DNA of 10,728 nt from assembly GCA_036170655.1 (NCBI GenBank), contig JAVHPP010000109.1, forward strand, positions 1 to 10,728. The letters run 5' to 3'. The translations under genes were made by a program, and so were the position numbers. The number at the start of each line of letters is the position of its first letter. Position 1 is the stretch's first letter. Origin of the DNA: Candidatus Zixiibacteriota bacterium. Lineage in GTDB: Bacteria > Zixibacteria > MSB-5A5 > WJJR01. The notes beneath the pieces were generated by a model, which worked only from the letters and a program-made list of their open reading frames with translations, was not told the origin of the DNA and did no database searches. Positions 7,608 to 10,728 of the stretch are shown here, piece after piece.

Positions 7608-10466
7608 TCACTTGGCCGCCAGCGCGGCCTTAACCTTGTCCGGTGTCAGCGGCAGATCGCGGATCCGTATGCCGACGGCGTCGAAGACCGCATTGGCGAT
7701 GGCCGGCGCAGGGCCAAGGGTCGGCGGCTCACCGACACCGATGGCGCCATAGGGACCGGTCGTCTCGTCCTGTTCCACAGCGATGACTTTCACGAGCGGC
7801 GCCTCGGTGACGCGCATAAGTTTGTACTTGTCAAAGTTGACGTTCTGGCAGATGCCATTGACATACTTCACGTCCTCTGTCAGCGCGTAGCCAATGCCGA
7901 ACGAGACCCCACCCACGACCTGGCCGCGCACAGCACGGGGATTGATCGCGCGTCCCACATAGTGCGCGGCAACGATGCGATCGACGGTGATCTTCCCCGT
8001 CTTCGTGTCCACCGTCACATCGGCGATCTGGGTGCCATAGGCCATGGGGAACCAAGCTTTGCCCAGCCCGGTCTTGGGGTCGAGCGGCATCGTCATCTTC
8101 CCTGCCGCAAAGAACCCCTCCCGGCGTTTCGGCTTTCCGAACTCACGGAAATGACGGGCAATCTCCGCCAGACTCAGACGATGGTCGCCGTTGCCAGTGG
8201 CGTGGTAATATCCACTTTCGGCGGCGATGCAGTCGGGTGTCACACCCAAGAGTTTGGCGGCAATGGCATCGGCGTCGGCGCGCAACTTGGCGCACGCGAC
8301 AACAACCGCATTTCCGGTCGTATATGTCTGCTTGGTGGCAACGGTTGATCCGCAATTCGGGGTCTGCGACGAATCGGCATTGATCACATGGATGGCATCG
8401 ACCGTGCTGCCCAATGTCTCGGCCGCCAGCATGCAGAATGTCGTGTTCGATCCGTTGCCGTAATCGACAGTCCCCACACGGATCGTGCAAGCGCCGTCAT
8501 CATGCAACTCGGCGATGCAGCCGGGCGTGTCGGTGATTCCTGAACCGAAGCCGATCCCGTACCAGATCGTGGCGACGCCCCGTCCGCGCCGGAAGCGCAA
8601 TGGATCAGACGGGTGTGGCGTACAGGGTTGTCCCCATTCTCCATCCTTCACGGCTTCGTTGATCGTTTCCAGAACAGGGAGCGGTCCCGGGAGTTGGAAG
8701 TCGGTCGCGCTCCGCATGCCCGGACGCAGGACATTGAGGCGACGGAACGCGACCGGATCGATACCTGCCTCGTGGGCCAGCTCGTCCATGAACGACTCAG
8801 CGCAAAAGGCGGTCTCGGCCGCGCCGAAACCACGTGTGGCGCCGGTCATCGGATTATTCGTGTACACCGCGTACGAATCGACCCGGACGTTCGGGATGTT
8901 GTATGGCCCCGAAACGAGCACGCCCGCCTTGCGCATGATGTTCACCGACCAGGACGCATAAGCGCCCGCATCTCCGACGACGCGCGCCTGAAGCGCGATC
9001 AACTTCCCGGACGCGTCGCATCCGGCTTTGATCGTCGTCCGCAATTGCGTGCGCTTGGTCGTGACATACATCGTCTCTTCGCGCGTGTACTCGATGCGGA
9101 CGGGGCGGCCGGTGACCAGCGCGCCGAGGGCCACATGAATCTGCGCGTAGATGTCCTCGCGCTTGCCGTACGCGGCGCCAATCGCCGGCTGGATGCACTT
9201 GACGTCATCTTTGGGAATCCCCAAGGCACGGCAGATGTTCAGCCGGTCAAAGAAAACCGACTGACCGGGCGAAATGACGGTCAGCTTGCCATCGGTATCG
9301 TCCCAGTAGGAAATGGCCGCTTCCGGCTCGATCGGCGCATGGTCTTGCGGTTGTGTCGTATAGCGCCGTTCGATGATGTGCGCGCACCGGGCCCACGCGG
9401 ATTCGACGTCGCCCTTCTCGATGTGATAGTGCGACAGGACGTTTCCCTTGTCATGGACCTTCGGCGCGTCCGGAGCCATCGCGTCTTCGGGATCGAAGAC
9501 CCCGGGGCGGTCACGGTACACGATGCGAACCATCGCGGCGGCCCGCCGTGCGGCCATTGCGGATTCTGCAATCACGAGCGCGACCGGTTCGCCATAGTAG
9601 CGCACACGGTTGACAGCGAAGACCTGCTGATCGCGGATGACCTTGCCATAAGCATTCTCGCCGGCGATGTCATGGTGCGTCAGAACGCGCACGACGCCCT
9701 CGGCGTCCAGCGCCGGTCCGATGTCCATCGAAACGATGTCAGCGGATGCACGATCGGCCCGCACCGTGACGGCATGCAAGGTGCCCGGGATTTTGATGTC
9801 GGCAGTGTATAATGCCGAACCGTCAACACGGCTGCGCGATTCGATGCGTGCCTGCGGCTTGCCGACAACATGCAGTTCACGCACCGGCATGTCCGGTGTG
9901 CCCGCCATGGCCGCCACAATTCTGGCCGTGCGGTACGTGGAGCGGTCGAGATCGTCCGGCACTATCTGACCCGCCGCGAGTTTGATCGATTCCACCAACT
10001 GATTGTAACCGGTGCAACGGCAGATGTTCTTGTGGATGGCCTGTTCAATCTGCCTGTCGGTCGGATTCGGATACTTGTCGAGAAGCGCTTTGGCCGACAT
10101 GAGGAATCCAGACGTGCAAATCCCGCATTGAAAACCATGCCCGTCGATGAACCCCTGCTGCAAAGGATGGAGCCGGCCGTCGCGGCTGAGTCCTTCCACG
10201 GTCTCGATGGTTGCACCTTGCGCGCGCGCAATTGGCACGATACAGGACATCTCCGCGCGCCCGTTGAGAATGACCGTGCAGGAGCCACACGTGCCGATAT
10301 CGCAGCCGCGCTTGGCGCCGGTCAGGCCCAGGTCGTCTCGCAGGACGTCCAGCAACGAGCGATCACTGGTCGTCACGACTTCAACAGGGCGGCCATTGAC
10401 GGCGGCCCGCCACACGACGCGCTCCCCGATTGCGATTGTCCTGGTCCATGTCTTCTCAGGCATCAT
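7608..10466 (-). CDS. Xanthine dehydrogenase/aldehyde oxidoreductase-family molybdenum hydroxylase with N-terminally fused 2x[2Fe-2S] domain
   Basis: N-terminal GCDIGTCGSC...C and QCGICTSG...CRCTGY motifs, a linker, then a large Mo subunit (VRYYGEPVALV, QDHAPIEPE, RGFG, AINP..VRGQVVGG, GAIGVGEPP, AIANAVFDAVGIRIRDLPLTP). The start is placed at ATGATG (10466/10463) preceded by GGGAG, rather than the TTG at 10526; the exact start is uncertain. Confidence 0.93.
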   Translation of the reverse strand: MMPEKTWTRTIAIGERVVWRAAVNGRPVEVVTTSDRSLLDVLRDDLGLTGAKRGCDIGTCGSCTVILNGRAEMSCIVPIARAQGATIETVEGLSRDGRLHPLQQGFIDGHGFQCGICTSGFLMSAKALLDKYPNPTDRQIEQAIHKNICRCTGYNQLVESIKLAAGQIVPDDLDRSTYRTARIVAAMAGTPDMPVRELHVVGKPQARIESRSRVDGSALYTADIKIPGTLHAVTVRADRASADIVSMDIGPALDAEGVVRVLTHHDIAGENAYGKVIRDQQVFAVNRVRYYGEPVALVIAESAMAARRAAAMVRIVYRDRPGVFDPEDAMAPDAPKVHDKGNVLSHYHIEKGDVESAWARCAHIIERRYTTQPQDHAPIEPEAAISYWDDTDGKLTVISPGQSVFFDRLNICRALGIPKDDVKCIQPAIGAAYGKREDIYAQIHVALGALVTGRPVRIEYTREETMYVTTKRTQLRTTIKAGCDASGKLIALQARVVGDAGAYASWSVNIMRKAGVLVSGPYNIPNVRVDSYAVYTNNPMTGATRGFGAAETAFCAESFMDELAHEAGIDPVAFRRLNVLRPGMRSATDFQLPGPLPVLETINEAVKDGEWGQPCTPHPSDPLRFRRGRGVATIWYGIGFGSGITDTPGCIAELHDDGACTIRVGTVDYGNGSNTTFCMLAAETLGSTVDAIHVINADSSQTPNCGSTVATKQTYTTGNAVVVACAKLRADADAIAAKLLGVTPDCIAAESGYYHATGNGDHRLSLAEIARHFREFGKPKRREGFFAAGKMTMPLDPKTGLGKAWFPMAYGTQIADVTVDTKTGKITVDRIVAAHYVGRAINPRAVRGQVVGGVSFGIGYALTEDVKYVNGICQNVNFDKYKLMRVTEAPLVKVIAVEQDETTGPYGAIGVGEPPTLGPAPAIANAVFDAVGIRIRDLPLTPDKVKAALAAK

Positions 10467-10615
10467 TCTCCCGCTGGTACGTCCCTTCGGGTAAGAAAGC
10501 GCGTCAGAATCCGTCGTCAATCGCAATGTTATGACCCACGCAGCAATTCCAGCGGTTCAACGTGCAAGACCAGTACAAATAAACGGTTCAGCACAAACGG
10601 CTCTTTCCACTTTTC

Positions 10616-10639
10616 GGGCGTGTTGAAAAAGCCCCGCAC
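10616..10639 (+). repeat. Dispersed short repeat, copy 2 (GGGCGTGTTGAAAAAGCCCCGCAC)
   Basis: Near-identical to 1704-1726. Confidence 0.65.
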
Positions 10640-10673
10640 GCGGAAGACAACGAAGCAGACGTGAGCTCTTTTC

Positions 10674-10728
10674 GGGAGGGCGAGGCTCCTGCCGAGCCTC
10701 TCGGGCGGAAGGCGGAAAAAGGCTCGGC
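10674..10728. repeat. REP-like inverted pair, truncated by the window end
   Basis: GGGAGGGCGAGGCTCCTGCCGAGCC (10674-10698) contains an internal GGCTC/GAGCC hairpin. The window ends in AGGCTCGGC (10720-10728), the exact reverse complement of 10691-10699, consistent with the start of an inverted second copy. Confidence 0.65.

Noticed and set aside
7608..10466. Aerobic CO dehydrogenase (coxL) or selenocysteine-containing enzyme
   Set aside because: The active-site loop is ATRGFG rather than AYxCSFR, and the ORF has no in-frame TGA.
10467..10526. N-terminal extension of the hydroxylase from the TTG at 10526
   Set aside because: The TTG start lacks an RBS, whereas ATGATG at 10466/10463 follows GGGAG and lies closer to the start of the Fe-S domain.
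8613..10664. + strand ORFs of 399 and 264 aa
   Set aside because: Antisense shadows of the molybdenum hydroxylase gene, with no domain signatures.

Overview
GC-rich bacterial chromosomal window with mostly metabolic genes. On the + strand: the 3' part of an M1-family zinc metallopeptidase (truncated by the window start), a 644-bp intergenic region rich in repeats and predicted structure, a stand-alone basic ribbon-helix-helix-like protein with its own promoter-like signal and terminator, a three-gene succinate dehydrogenase/fumarate reductase operon (sdhCAB), and mtnA. Converging from the - strand is a ~950-aa xanthine-oxidase-family molybdenum hydroxylase with a fused 2x[2Fe-2S] domain. No CRISPR array, tRNA, rRNA or transposase was seen. 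The most notable observations are: (i) several non-canonical molybdenum-cofactor contact motifs in the hydroxylase; (ii) the orphan RHH gene with a 94-bp inverted-repeat-bounded element upstream; (iii) a structured ~175-nt sdh leader with alternative pairings; (iv) loss of the GXMEN motif in the peptidase; (v) several unrelated REP-like repeat types in the intergenic regions. All calls come from reading motifs by eye; no searches were run.
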